Shown here: one piece after another, positions 31,181 to 45,530 of the stretch | How positions within the stretch are numbered: position 1 is the stretch's first letter | Layout: every line of letters starts with the position of its first letter | From: an uncultured Bacilli bacterium | GTDB lineage: Bacteria; Bacillota_I; Bacilli_A; RF39; UBA660 | Direction of reading: 5' to 3' | DNA length: 62,696 nt | NCBI GenBank assembly: GCA_934153655.1 | Contig: CAKPFH010000001.1 | Coordinates: forward strand, 1 to 62,696 | Position numbers and translations under genes: made by a program | Notes under the pieces: generated by a model | Databases searched by the model: none | The model's input: only the letters and a program-made list of their open reading frames with translations | Told to the model about the DNA's origin: nothing

Positions 31181-31903
31181 CTATTTAAAAAATGAATCTA
31201 GATACTTTATTTCTTTCATAAGTAATCTTTGTTTACCATTATTATCAATTGAATCTATACTTAAATTAAGTTTATAACTATTATTAGTTGCTATAACGTC
31301 TTCTTTTACATTTTCAAAAGTTTTAGCATATTCTTTTTCATAATCATAGTAAAAACAAGTTTTATTAGTATAATTAACTATTACATAAGAAAATGGAGAT
31401 AATTCGATGTTCTCATTATCTATTTTTAAAGTTGTTGTAAATGGAAATATATATAAATCATTCCCATCATATATAATAGCATCATCTATAAATATTTTAT
31501 TATTATTCTTTACTACATAGGTATCGATTTTTTCTCCATCTAAAATACTAAAAAAAGGTAATTGTTTTTGAAGTAAATTAGATGATGGAATAATAATTGA
31601 CATATCAGTTGGTAATAATATTTTTCTTGAATCTTTATAATAAAATGGATCTGATGATAATATTACTTCTTTGTTATCTACTAATAATTTAGTGATAGAA
31701 TTATCTTTGTTTAAAGTTAATTTAGTTGTATAATCAAATCTTTGTTCTCCAAAATATTGATACATTTTTGTATTTGTTGTATAAGTAGTTATTTTATTAT
31801 TCAATTTTTTAATTATTAAAATAACACTTAGTAATAAAATTATAATAATTAAAGGTATTAGTATTTTTAAAATTATTTTTTTAGGATTTTTTTTCTTAAT
31901 CAT
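31181..31903 (-). CDS. N-terminally membrane-anchored protein (operon member)
   Basis: 240 aa with a single TM (ILKILIPLIIIILLLSVILII). It has an 8-nt overlap with the upstream gene. Confidence 0.7.
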   Translation of the reverse strand: MIKKKNPKKIILKILIPLIIIILLLSVILIIKKLNNKITTYTTNTKMYQYFGEQRFDYTTKLTLNKDNSITKLLVDNKEVILSSDPFYYKDSRKILLPTDMSIIIPSSNLLQKQLPFFSILDGEKIDTYVVKNNNKIFIDDAIIYDGNDLYIFPFTTTLKIDNENIELSPFSYVIVNYTNKTCFYYDYEKEYAKTFENVKEDVIATNNSYKLNLSIDSIDNNGKQRLLMKEIKYLDSFFK

Positions 31904-32447
31904 ATTTCATCTTCTCTTTCTTTTTTATATATTTATTTCTTTTTAATATTATTAATATATCTTTTATATAAAAATATGATACATAGGAAAATATAAATAA
32001 TAATACAAGAGCCATAATTAAAATTATATATGGTTTTAAACTAATAGTATTTATATAGTTAAATAAAGTTGCATTCATCATAAGTGCAAAGTATATAATA
32101 ACATTATTAAATACTGAAAAAGGAATACTTATAATCTTGTTATTAATAATATCAAATAAAATATCTGCTATTAACAAAAAATAAAAATGGTAATCTTCTA
32201 AAATAAATGTATAATCTGTTTTAAATAAACACCAAATAAAAAATATATATCTCAGTGTTATAACTGAAAACATTAAAATATCTTTATTTGATAAACCACT
32301 AAATAAACCAAAAATTTTTATATTAATATTTCCTTTTTTTATTTTAAATAAGATGTATTTAATAAAAATATATATTGTAACTAATAATAGAAATAAAGAT
32401 AAAATGAAAGGAAATAGTTTATCTAAATAATATATTATATATTCCAT
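31896..32447 (-). CDS. Multipass membrane protein (operon member, about 5 TM)
   Basis: 183 aa and very hydrophobic. Charged residues sit inside predicted helices (VITLRYIFFIW, LLIADILFDII). The start is 2 nt after the epsilon-like stop. Confidence 0.7.
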   Translation of the reverse strand: MEYIIYYLDKLFPFILSLFLLLVTIYIFIKYILFKIKKGNINIKIFGLFSGLSNKDILMFSVITLRYIFFIWCLFKTDYTFILEDYHFYFLLIADILFDIINNKIISIPFSVFNNVIIYFALMMNATLFNYINTISLKPYIILIMALVLLFIFSYVSYFYIKDILIILKRNKYIKKKEKMKYD

Positions 32448-32449
32448 TA

Positions 32450-32692
32450 TTAAATAGACTCCTTTACTATTAATTTAAAAACATTATTTCTATTTACATA
32501 ATATGCAAATAAATTATCTATTTTTTTAGTTTCTGTTGATGTTTCTATTTCGATTGTTCCGTTTATATTGCCAATAATTGGCATATAGTCTTTCATGATT
32601 AATAAATTATATTCTTTACTTAAAATACGAATTACTCTAACATCTTGTATTTCTTCTAAGCCATTTTTTAAAGTAAATATTTTAACAGTCAT
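32450..32692 (-). CDS. atpC: F1 epsilon-subunit-like protein (beta-sandwich domain only)
   Basis: MTVKIFTLKNG...LLIMKDYMPIIGNINGTIEI... matches the epsilon N-domain pattern (GILPGHAPL..L..G). The ATG at 32692 lies 1 nt after the beta stop (TAAtATG). About 80 aa, with no C-terminal helical hairpin. Confidence 0.6.
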   Translation of the reverse strand: MTVKIFTLKNGLEEIQDVRVIRILSKEYNLLIMKDYMPIIGNINGTIEIETSTETKKIDNLFAYYVNRNNVFKLIVKESI

Positions 32693-32693
32693 A

Positions 32694-34814
<2,121 letters not shown>

Positions 34815-34822
<8 letters not shown>

Positions 34823-36110
34823 CTTTATTATCCTTTAAAAAATCAAATTTGATAATTATTTCTTCTTCACTAATAGGCGAATACTTTTTTTGAATTAATT
34901 GCTCTAATATCTTTTTTCCTCTAAATAATTTTAATTTAAGTTCATCACTCATTTCATCTGTATTAGCAAGTTCATAAACATCTCTTGTTTCAAGATAATT
35001 TAATAATAACCTTCTAACATTTGCTCCTAATTCTTTCATTGGTTTTGTTTGAACTGCTCCACCAAGTCTTGATACGGATAATCCATAGTTAATAGCAGGT
35101 TTCTCACCTTTTTGAAAATTTTTAGTTGATAAAACAATTTGTCCGTCTGTTATAGAAATAATATTTGTAGATATATAATCTGTTATATCACCACCTCTTG
35201 TTTCAACTATTGGAATTATTGAGATACTACCTCCATTTTTATGTTGACATCCTTTCTCTAAAAGTCTTGAATGTAAATAAAATATATCAGATGGATAAGC
35301 ATCTCTTCCTGGACTTTTTCCAGATATTAAACTGATTTCTCTGTATGCGTCTGCATGTCTTTTTAAGTCATCTATTACAACTAACACATCATTTCCACTT
35401 TCCATTAATTTCTTAGCAATTGATAGAGCATAATAAGGCGTAAGTACTAAAACAGGGGCTAAATCATCATTAAAAGCTGAAACTATAATTGTATATTCAA
35501 GAGCATTTCTTTTCATTAATTCATAATATATTTCTTTAACTTCTTTTTTAGTTTTACCTATTGCAACATAAATACAGAAAACACCTTTATCCTTTTGATT
35601 AACAATTGTATCCAAACAAATTTGAGTTTTTCCCGTTTTTTTATCGCCTATTACAAGTTGTCTTTGTCCCTTTCCTATTGGATATATTAAATCAATTCCA
35701 ACAATTCCTGTCAAAAGAGGTCTATTAACATTTGTTCTATCCATAATTGGAATATTATCTTCTTCAAAATGAAGTTGCATAATATTTTTATATCTCATAC
35801 CAGTTAATAAATCTGTTCCAAATATATTAGTAATTCTTCCTACACTATCTAAGGAAAATTCTCCCATAAATTCTTCATTTGTTTGATAAGCTATATCTCC
35901 TATTACAATTTCTTCTTTTTTTAATAAAATAGCAACTATAACACTATTTGCATTAATTTTTGTTACATATCCAAGTGCTTTATTAGAAATATTAATTTTT
36001 TCATAAAAAGAAACACTTTCTAATCCAACAATTTCAACAATAAATTCTTTAATATTTATTATTTTACCAACATCTATTATTTTACCAACATCTAATGCTT
36101 TTTCTTGCAT
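34815..36110 (-). CDS. atpA: F1-ATPase alpha-subunit homologue
   Basis: Contains GKGQRQLVIGDKKTGKTQICLDTIVNQ, YREISLISGKSPGRDAYPSDIFYLHSRLLE, GGSISIIPIVETRGGDITDYISTNIISITDGQI and GLSVSRLGG. The ATG at 36110 is preceded by AGGAGG. About 431 aa, C-terminally shorter than canonical alpha. Confidence 0.9.
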
Positions 36111-36118
36111 AAAACCTC

Positions 36119-36843
36119 CTACTCTAAACAATAATTATACAATTTACTATGATAATATATTTTAATTCCCTTATATATTTTTTTATTATAAATAGTTTTT
36201 ATACGAGGTGATAAATTATCATAATTCTCATGATTATTACCTACTTCTATATAAATATTAGGATCAAACCTAGCAATTTCTCTATTTAGAAATATCATAA
36301 ATTGATTAACATCATTAGTAATGTCAAAATACTTTTTCATTAATCCTTGGCACTCTAAACTACTATTTTTAATTAATTTAGATAACTCATTATTATTATC
36401 AGTTATTAATTTATAAATACCATATTTTTCTATACTTTTTTTTAGATTTATAAGTTCATTATATAAATTAATATTTTCTTTATCTACTTTATATTTTAAA
36501 AATTCTAAAACTACACTTTTTGTGTCAATTTTAAAACTTTCATCTATTTTTTTTAATTTACCAATTAAATCATCTATTTCAAACTCTATTTCTTTTGGAG
36601 TAACACATATTACTTTTTCCTTAGTGTTAAAAGAATTATTTACTTTTTCCTTATTTACATTTTTTTCAATTACTTGTATCTTCTTTTCTCTTTCTTCTAT
36701 TAAATCATCATAATCTTGTAATTTTAAAACAAAATATTTTTTTAGCTGAGCATTTATTTCTTTAACTACTTTTTTTAAAAACAAAAACATTAAAATAGTT
36801 AAAACTAATAATGCAGCAACAATTATTAAAATTGTTTTTTCCA

Positions 36844-36844
<1 letters not shown>
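36119..36844 (-). CDS. b/delta-like peripheral-stalk candidate (N-terminal TM plus a long charged helix)
   Basis: 241 aa with a TM (ILIIVAALLVLTILMFLFL) followed by a coiled-coil-like K/E-rich helix. It sits between the c-like and alpha genes, as atpF/atpH do, and its start overlaps the c-like stop (TAATG). Confidence 0.5.
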
Positions 36845-38459
<1,615 letters not shown>

Positions 38460-38468
38460 ATATTTCTC

Positions 38469-41400
38469 CTAACCAACATAATTATATTGAAGTGCTTCTT
38501 CTGCTACAACTTTGTTATTTGTTAAAAATTGTAATTGAATATAATAAACACCTTTTGTTTGAAAATCATCAGGTAACTCAAATGTATAATAAGAATTACC
38601 ATCATTTGTTTGAAGTTTTGGAATAAATTCAACACTATTATCTATTGTTGAATCTCCTCCATATATTGAATATCTTATATCAGTTATATTACTCAACTTA
38701 TAACTATCATAAAAAACAAGAGTTGCCTTAGTATTATCCTCTAGGTTTGTTGTAACATAAACTTTTCCAATATCAATTCCATCTTCATTCATAGCAATTG
38801 TTGAGTATCTTTTTGATTGTTCTTTTAAAGATGTTGTATCATTTTTTAAATTAACTAAATATTTAATTTCAATATAATATTCCTCATTAATTACTAAATT
38901 ATCTAGTTCAAACTTTTTATTATATTCTTTTGTACTATAATATTGATTTTTATATCTATCCGGAGTTATATCATTTAAATCTTTATCATACATGAAAACT
39001 TGATAAGTATCTAAATATATAACTCTATGATAATCAAATACATTAACCTTAAAATCAATTTTAGTACCATTTTCATATCTATTGGAACTAATTCCTATAT
39101 AAGGTTGCCTTAAATCAGAAAAAATATACTCTGCACTTTCAAAAGGTTCTAATTCTATTTCTTTTATAGTACCATTATCATTAATTTTAGTAAAAGCTCT
39201 AATTATTATTTTATACTTTTGATCAGTTGTAATACCAGATTCTGGTGGAATTGAAATATACTTAGTCATCTCAGTATTAAATACATAATTTGGTTCAATA
39301 TTCAAATTAATTAACTCCATATTATCATTATTAACTCTATATAACTCATATTCTATTCTATCATATCCTACTATTTCTTTTAAAGAATAATCGATTTTTA
39401 AGGATTTTTCTGAGTAACTTTTAGCAGTATATGAAATATTAATATTTTCAATACCAACACTTCCTAATGTTTTAAAATAATAGTTTTTGGTATTATTTTG
39501 AAAATTCACATCATATAATTGAATTCTTTTATAATCATTTCCACTTTTAACATCAGCCATAACCTTAATATAATAATTTTTTTTAGGTTGCAAATTAGTA
39601 ATTTTAACTGCATTTGTTAATTCACTTGCAAGTATGCTTTTACATGCGTTATCTATTTTAGTACTAATTGTACCATTTTCATTTGTTTCATAGACATCAA
39701 TATATATTTTATTATCTTTTATCCTATCATTACTATTTCCAAATAAATCAATATATACAAGAGCATATGTCAAAGCAGGTGTAATATTTTGCTTACCATC
39801 ATCACTCATAATACTAATTCCAGGAATAATCGTGTCAAATCTAAATTCATTGGTACTACTTGTTAATTTTGCAGTTGATAATTGCTTAGGATATAAATAT
39901 TCATAATTATAACTATAACCCTGCTCATCAATACTTAAATCATAATTTATACTTTTAGAATCAATTAAACTAGTTAATGATAATTTATTACTATTAAGTT
40001 TAAATTTAAATATAGAATTCTTAGCTGTTTCACTTGATACTAAATAATTATTATCAAGTGCATAGTAATATCCACTATATAAATTATTTTTAATAGTTTG
40101 AAAAGCGTATTTATTATTATTATTATTAAATCCTATTATTCCATTATCATAGTATAAATACATTTCTACGCTTATATCTTCGCCTATAAAATCTTCTAGT
40201 TCTATAATATCAATTACAATTGTTCCATTATTGTTTATTGACAAATTATCTAATATTTTACTTGCACTATTAGTTTTGAACACTAATTTAGCAGCAGATA
40301 CACGATTATAAAAACTATAATCTTCTAAATAATCTAAAATAGTAATAATAATTCTATTAGTTTCTAAATTAATATTGAATTTTTTAACTGAATACATAGG
40401 ATCACTAAGAGGTCTATCTCCTGAATATATATATGGCGTTTCATAATATTGATAAACTAATTTTTTATATGAAGGAATTTCATCTTTAATTAAATTTTCA
40501 TATACATATAAATTTAAATATCCACTTGAATTAACTGAAAATAATACATCTTGATAGTTATTTGAACTATTAATCTTTACTGTTTTTGGTTCATTATTAT
40601 CAATTTTATAATAAATATCATTTGAAAATAAACTATTATCAACATCACTATATTTATATTTAAAAACTACCTTTTCTTTATCTGATATGTATGGATACAT
40701 TTTAAAAATTGGACTTTGTTTTTCAGGTGTAATTTTTTTAGATTTTAATGTAATTCCCAATTCTTCTAATGGATAAATTGTTTCAGCCTCTCCATCAAAG
40801 TTTAAGTCGAGATCAACTGTATAAGTAATATAATAACTATTACCTCTCCTAAAATCATTATCAATAATATCTTTACTTGTCCCATCCTTTAAATAAAAAT
40901 ATACATAATCAATTTCTCCATTTGCTGGAACATTATACATTTTTGTATCAATTAATTTATTAGTATTTGCATCATATAAATAATAATTAATTTTTTTAGC
41001 ATATCGTTTAGAATTATCATATCTCGCTTTTACTTTGTATCCAATAATTGTATCAGAATTTAAATCTGTTCTATAATTTTCAAAATTTGCATTATTTCTA
41101 ATTAAATTAATTTCCATAGCATCATTTATATCTGTTGGTAAATCTGGAATATATCCATTTGCCTTAATTGTAACAACATTTGATATTATGTCTATATTAT
41201 TTTTATATGTTGTATAATCATAGGCATTTGTAACTTCAACAGTATAATAATCATTTTGTAAATCTTGATTTCTAAGTTCAAAAAAACTTGGATCAAGTAT
41301 AAAAGAATTATCATAATAAGTATCTTTCAATTCACTATAATATTCTCTTGTATCTCTATCTACCTTAGAAATTGTTCTAATTAAATTACCTTTTGTTGAT

Positions 41401-43637
41401 TTACCAGAATATAAATTAAAAGTTAAATTAGTTAAAGTACTAGCTTCAAGCGTATTATCAACATCATTTTCTGCTCTTAACCTAGAAACTACTTTAAATG
41501 CTCTTGTTGTATCATCCTCATCTATTATATAATCTAGTAAAAATGGTTTTGTAGGTTTAGTTTGAATAACAACACTACCAATATAGCAATTATCAATTGT
41601 AGCATTACCATCTTGTAAATTAACAGCTGCAAAAACCGATATAGTATAACTTTCATTTGCCCTTAAATTATTTACATTAAAAGGTATAATTGAATTACCA
41701 CTTGATGTAAAACTTTTAGAATTACCAGATGAATCAGTATATGTAACTGTTATAATATTAGATTCATCAAATGTAATAGTATTTCCCTCATCACTAATAA
41801 TTATGTTACCAGAAATTTTTTCAAAAGTTACTTCATCGCTTTCAAATCTAACAGATGGAAATTCAACTCCATCCAATTGCATAACTGAACTATATTCCGT
41901 TTCATATTCAAACTCTTTCTCATTATCATTGAAGATAGCAATCATTTTATAAACATATGGTACACCACGAAATATAATTTTATTATCAACATATAAATCT
42001 ACTCCACCTTGATTGCTTTTATCAATTTCTTTTAATTTAACTGGATTATTAAGAAGAGTTCTAGCATCATATATTTCATATTTATATGTAACTACACCAC
42101 TATCAACATCACTTATATTGTTAACTTTCAAATTAAACTGAGAATTTTTTTTATCAAGCGAATAAGTAAGATTACCAAAAGATGGTTTCCTCTTTAAAGT
42201 TTTATATTTTTTATATATATTAAATTGATCACTTATGATTGAATTTTTATATAAAAAATTATGCAAAATTACTTTATACTCTGTATTAGGACTTAAATTT
42301 TTAAAGTCTACTATATTATTATTAATTAAATCATGTGTATTTTTAGTATAAGTTTTTATAATTTCGTTATTAGAATCAATTAAAGATATATCTAATCCTT
42401 CAACCTTGGTATTAGAATCAACTTCAATTTTATAAGACATTTCATCTGTTGTAAAATAATTTTTAATAATACTAACACCAATTGGTTCAGTTATAAACGA
42501 CTTTTGGATAAAATCTCTATTATAAGTCTGTGTATTTTTAATATAATTAGAATTAACAAGAAAAACATAATTTGTATTTTCTTTTAAATTTTCAACTTCA
42601 ATTTGAAAAAACCTTAATCCACTATTTTCTGTGTTTTCATAAACTAATTTATTAGTTGCAGATTCTATTATCTTTAAAGTAATATCACCTGTTAATAAAT
42701 TACTTGTATCTTCATATTTTATAGATGCTCGAAATTTATTAGAAGTTACTTCCATATCACTAATTAAAAATACTGGCTCACTTACCTTTTCTTTATCATC
42801 TATTATTTCTTCATCATCAGATACATCAATATTTCCATTAGTTAATCCATCTAATGGATTGGATTTATCTTTTTCATCTTTATTTGTATTTGTTTCTTCT
42901 TTTTTAATATCTATATTATCATTTTTATCAATAGTTATTTGAGATAAATTTAATTTTTTGTCATTATTTAAGAAAATATTTTTTGTTGACAAATCTATTT
43001 TAACATTATTTGATAATTCAATATAAAAATTAGAAGACACATTTTGTATTTGCATTTCTTGATTTTCCATTCTTACAATATTTCCATCAAAAAACTCAAA
43101 TTCTAAATAACTATTTAAAATTTCTTTATTAGAACCCATCAAATTAAGATTAATTTTGGGTGAAACAATCATATATTTATTTTCATCTATTTTCATTAAA
43201 AAGTTTGTAAAAGAAATTTTATTATTTAAAGTTTCAGTATAATATATATTGTCTTTGTTTACTAATCTAGTTCCTACATATAAATTATAATATTTAATTA
43301 ATGAATCATTTAAATTATCTAAATTTAAAATAGCTGTTTTATTCAATACAGAAATTGATTTATCAGAAAAATGAATAAAAGAATTTTCACTAACCTTTAC
43401 ATTTTCATTATCAGTATTTGCAAAAATATAATTTTTTTCATAATCTTTTTTATATTTTGTTCCACCATTAAAATAATACTTAGTTGTTGAAAGAACTGCA
43501 CTTTCATAACTTCTTCCTATAATATAACCACTATCATTAAACTCGCCTAATCTGTTTTCTTTTGTTTTTATTCCATAAAGAAAAATCACTGTTATCATTA
43601 AAGAAACTGTAATTATAACAAATAATATTTTTTTCAT
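38469..43637 (-). CDS. Giant (1722 aa) N-terminally anchored surface protein with many FN3-like repeats (first gene of the operon)
   Basis: N-terminal TM (ILFVIITVSLMITVIFLYG). It has repeated signatures NLKENTNYVFLV, NLSPNTEYKVIL, NLRANESYTISV, NLQPKKNYYIKV and LVINEEYYIEI. Confidence 0.85.
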   Translation of the reverse strand: MKKILFVIITVSLMITVIFLYGIKTKENRLGEFNDSGYIIGRSYESAVLSTTKYYFNGGTKYKKDYEKNYIFANTDNENVKVSENSFIHFSDKSISVLNKTAILNLDNLNDSLIKYYNLYVGTRLVNKDNIYYTETLNNKISFTNFLMKIDENKYMIVSPKINLNLMGSNKEILNSYLEFEFFDGNIVRMENQEMQIQNVSSNFYIELSNNVKIDLSTKNIFLNNDKKLNLSQITIDKNDNIDIKKEETNTNKDEKDKSNPLDGLTNGNIDVSDDEEIIDDKEKVSEPVFLISDMEVTSNKFRASIKYEDTSNLLTGDITLKIIESATNKLVYENTENSGLRFFQIEVENLKENTNYVFLVNSNYIKNTQTYNRDFIQKSFITEPIGVSIIKNYFTTDEMSYKIEVDSNTKVEGLDISLIDSNNEIIKTYTKNTHDLINNNIVDFKNLSPNTEYKVILHNFLYKNSIISDQFNIYKKYKTLKRKPSFGNLTYSLDKKNSQFNLKVNNISDVDSGVVTYKYEIYDARTLLNNPVKLKEIDKSNQGGVDLYVDNKIIFRGVPYVYKMIAIFNDNEKEFEYETEYSSVMQLDGVEFPSVRFESDEVTFEKISGNIIISDEGNTITFDESNIITVTYTDSSGNSKSFTSSGNSIIPFNVNNLRANESYTISVFAAVNLQDGNATIDNCYIGSVVIQTKPTKPFLLDYIIDEDDTTRAFKVVSRLRAENDVDNTLEASTLTNLTFNLYSGKSTKGNLIRTISKVDRDTREYYSELKDTYYDNSFILDPSFFELRNQDLQNDYYTVEVTNAYDYTTYKNNIDIISNVVTIKANGYIPDLPTDINDAMEINLIRNNANFENYRTDLNSDTIIGYKVKARYDNSKRYAKKINYYLYDANTNKLIDTKMYNVPANGEIDYVYFYLKDGTSKDIIDNDFRRGNSYYITYTVDLDLNFDGEAETIYPLEELGITLKSKKITPEKQSPIFKMYPYISDKEKVVFKYKYSDVDNSLFSNDIYYKIDNNEPKTVKINSSNNYQDVLFSVNSSGYLNLYVYENLIKDEIPSYKKLVYQYYETPYIYSGDRPLSDPMYSVKKFNINLETNRIIITILDYLEDYSFYNRVSAAKLVFKTNSASKILDNLSINNNGTIVIDIIELEDFIGEDISVEMYLYYDNGIIGFNNNNNKYAFQTIKNNLYSGYYYALDNNYLVSSETAKNSIFKFKLNSNKLSLTSLIDSKSINYDLSIDEQGYSYNYEYLYPKQLSTAKLTSSTNEFRFDTIIPGISIMSDDGKQNITPALTYALVYIDLFGNSNDRIKDNKIYIDVYETNENGTISTKIDNACKSILASELTNAVKITNLQPKKNYYIKVMADVKSGNDYKRIQLYDVNFQNNTKNYYFKTLGSVGIENINISYTAKSYSEKSLKIDYSLKEIVGYDRIEYELYRVNNDNMELINLNIEPNYVFNTEMTKYISIPPESGITTDQKYKIIIRAFTKINDNGTIKEIELEPFESAEYIFSDLRQPYIGISSNRYENGTKIDFKVNVFDYHRVIYLDTYQVFMYDKDLNDITPDRYKNQYYSTKEYNKKFELDNLVINEEYYIEIKYLVNLKNDTTSLKEQSKRYSTIAMNEDGIDIGKVYVTTNLEDNTKATLVFYDSYKLSNITDIRYSIYGGDSTIDNSVEFIPKLQTNDGNSYYTFELPDDFQTKGVYYIQLQFLTNNKVVAEEALQYNYVG

Positions 43638-43672
43638 TTTATCACATATCCTTACCTATATTTTCTATAAAT

Positions 43673-43701
43673 AGTATATTATAAATTCAATTATAAATCA
43701 A
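43673..43701 (-). promoter_or_regulatory. Putative sigma-A promoter of the ATPase/giant-protein operon
   Basis: Minus strand reads TTGATT (43696-43701), a 17-nt spacer, then TATACT (43673-43678), about 35 nt upstream of the ATG at 43637. Confidence 0.4.
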
Positions 43702-43702
43702 T

Positions 43703-43727
43703 AAAAAACTACTATTTCTAGCAGTTT
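43703..43727 (-). terminator. Intrinsic terminator after the DUF2752 gene
   Basis: 8-bp stem AACUGCUA/UAGUAGUU (one G-U pair) with a GAAA loop, then U6. It overlaps the stop codon. Confidence 0.6.
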
Positions 43728-44091
43728 AAATATTTCTAAGTATTCCAAAGATAATTAAAATAAATATTATTAAGTAATAAATAAAATTTGGTATTTTTAA
43801 CTTATTCTTTTGTTTAGTTATATAAATATATTCTTGATACAAGATATAAAAAGAAAGAAATGGTAAAAGTATAAAAACAACAGGATTATAAAAAAATGCT
43901 TTTTTAAAATCTAATTTTAGTATAGAAAATAACATTCTTGTAATTCCACATCCAGGACATTTAAAACTTGTTATTTTATAAAACAAACATGGTATACCTA
44001 TATGAAAATATTTGTTTAAATAATAATAACCAAGAAGTAATAATAATAACAATAAATTTATACTTAGAACTTTTAATAATCTTTTTTTCAT
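43726..44091 (-). CDS. DUF2752 domain membrane protein
   Basis: IPCLFYKITSFKCPGCGITRM motif plus TM helices. It has a 4-nt overlap with the upstream gene. Confidence 0.7.
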   Translation of the reverse strand: MKKRLLKVLSINLLLLLLLLGYYYLNKYFHIGIPCLFYKITSFKCPGCGITRMLFSILKLDFKKAFFYNPVVFILLPFLSFYILYQEYIYITKQKNKLKIPNFIYYLIIFILIIFGILRNI

Positions 44092-44618
44092 TCAGCAAAT
44101 TTATTTAAATCATTTTGCATAAAACAATAACTTACAATTTGAAGACCAAATAATGATAAAACTAAATATAAAACTGAATTATCTTGAATATCTTTGTTAT
44201 ATTTTTTTCCTGCTTCATATATCTTTTGACCCATTTTGTAATTCCAATAGATACCATAAATACCACAGGTAATTAAAGTTAAAAGAAATGCTAAACCTCC
44301 ACTTGTATCAGTTGGTCTTTCTGAAGCTTTATTAGCATCATCAGTTATAGTTATAAACCAATAAATTTGATAAATACCACAAGTTAAAAATGATAATATA
44401 ACTGCAACTGCTATATCTTTTTTGGTTAAAACTGGACTACTTGTATTGTAATAATTATTTATAATTGTTTGATTATTATTAGTAGTATTAGATTCATTAT
44501 TATTGTTATCATTATTATCTTTAGGAGTATCCACTGTTTCTACCCTACTTCCACAATTTGGGCAAAATAAAACATTACCTGATAATTCTTTTCCACAATT
44601 TGCACAAAATTTACTCAT
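44088..44618 (-). CDS. Zinc-ribbon plus DUF4234-like membrane protein
   Basis: MSKFCANCGKELSGNVLFCPNCGSRV zinc ribbon, an N-rich linker, and two TCGIY(Q/G)IYW helices. The ATG at 44618 is preceded by GGAGG. Confidence 0.65.
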   Translation of the reverse strand: MSKFCANCGKELSGNVLFCPNCGSRVETVDTPKDNNDNNNNESNTTNNNQTIINNYYNTSSPVLTKKDIAVAVILSFLTCGIYQIYWFITITDDANKASERPTDTSGGLAFLLTLITCGIYGIYWNYKMGQKIYEAGKKYNKDIQDNSVLYLVLSLFGLQIVSYCFMQNDLNKFAE

Positions 44619-44650
44619 AATAAATACCTCCGGTATCATTATAACATATT

Positions 44651-45283
44651 TTACATATAAGTTTTTAATTTTTCTAAAACTTTTGTTTCTTCACGACTTA
44701 CTTTTACTTGATTTACACCTAAAGTTTTAGCTATTTCACTTTGAGTCATATTATAAAAATATCGTTTTAAAATAAGTTCTTTTTCTCTATAATCCAATTT
44801 ATTTAAAGCATCTCTTAATAAAATTAAATCATCTTTACTGGTGTTATCTAAACTAATAAAATCATATAAAGTATTATCATTTGTATCATCATCTAAACTT
44901 AAAGTATCCATATTTCTTATTTCAATTAATTTAGTTATAGGAATTTCTAAGAAATTAACAAGTTCCATATCAGTTGGGCCTCTTTTTAGTTTTTGGGTTA
45001 AATAATCTTCAGCTTTTAAAACAGCTTGTTTAAGTTTTATCATCTCAGGTGACATTTTTATACTTTTATCACTTAAAACATATTTATAAATACTTCCTGT
45101 AATAAATGGATAAGCATAGGTTGTAAACTTAGTATTATAAGATTTATCATACTTATAATAAGCATCAATTAACCCAAGACATCCTGCTTGAAACAAATCA
45201 TCTTTATCACCTTTAAAACGTGATGCAATACTGTAAATTAAGTTTTGATTTTCAATTATTAATTCTTTTAGTTCCTCTCTCAT
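44651..45283 (-). CDS. Group 3 sigma-70 family factor (SigF/SigB/FliA-like)
   Basis: Region 2 (DLFQAGCLGLIDAYYKYD...FTTYAYPFITGSIYKY) and region 4 (RYFYNMTQSEIAKTLGVNQVKVSREETKVLEKLK) resemble B. subtilis SigF. The ATG at 45283 (MREELKE) has a GGTGA RBS. The track ORF extends 22 codons further to 45349, which could alternatively be a pro-sequence. Confidence 0.8.
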   Translation of the reverse strand: MREELKELIIENQNLIYSIASRFKGDKDDLFQAGCLGLIDAYYKYDKSYNTKFTTYAYPFITGSIYKYVLSDKSIKMSPEMIKLKQAVLKAEDYLTQKLKRGPTDMELVNFLEIPITKLIEIRNMDTLSLDDDTNDNTLYDFISLDNTSKDDLILLRDALNKLDYREKELILKRYFYNMTQSEIAKTLGVNQVKVSREETKVLEKLKTYM

Positions 45284-45364
45284 TTTATCACCAAGAGAAC
45301 TATATAACATGTATAAACAAAAAGAAATAGCTTCGACAATAACTGCCAAATTACTATTTCTTAT

Positions 45365-45530
45365 TTACACATATTTACATCCAGAAAACCGACCATTGGG
45401 AAATTAAACCCGATTTTTAATCAGGTGGGCATCCATACTAGTTTTTAGGATTCTCGAGAACTCACACCCAAGCATTCAACACCAACTATTGATCAGGACT
45501 CCCGTATAATGTTTTTTGTAGGATTTATAC
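45365..45530 (-). ncRNA. Structured small RNA candidate, 6S RNA-like
   Basis: The only noncoding island that is clearly G+C-richer than its AT-rich surroundings. The minus-strand 5' ...GGGAGUCCUGAUCAAUAGUUGG can pair with 3' CCAAUGGUCGG...CUGG. Internal pairings include UGGGU/GCCCA and a GUUC-UCGA-GAAU hairpin. A TTGGTA-17-TGcTATAAT promoter lies at 45562-45590. The ends are approximate. Confidence 0.4.

Noticed and set aside
45365-45530. The GC-rich noncoding island considered as a DGR template repeat, SRP RNA or a known riboswitch.
   Set aside because: It has no similarity on either strand to the VR-like patches. It lacks the SRP GGAAG/AGCA motif and the signature cores of the TPP, FMN, purine, SAM and c-di-GMP riboswitches that I know. 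It is kept only as a 6S-like or unknown structured RNA.
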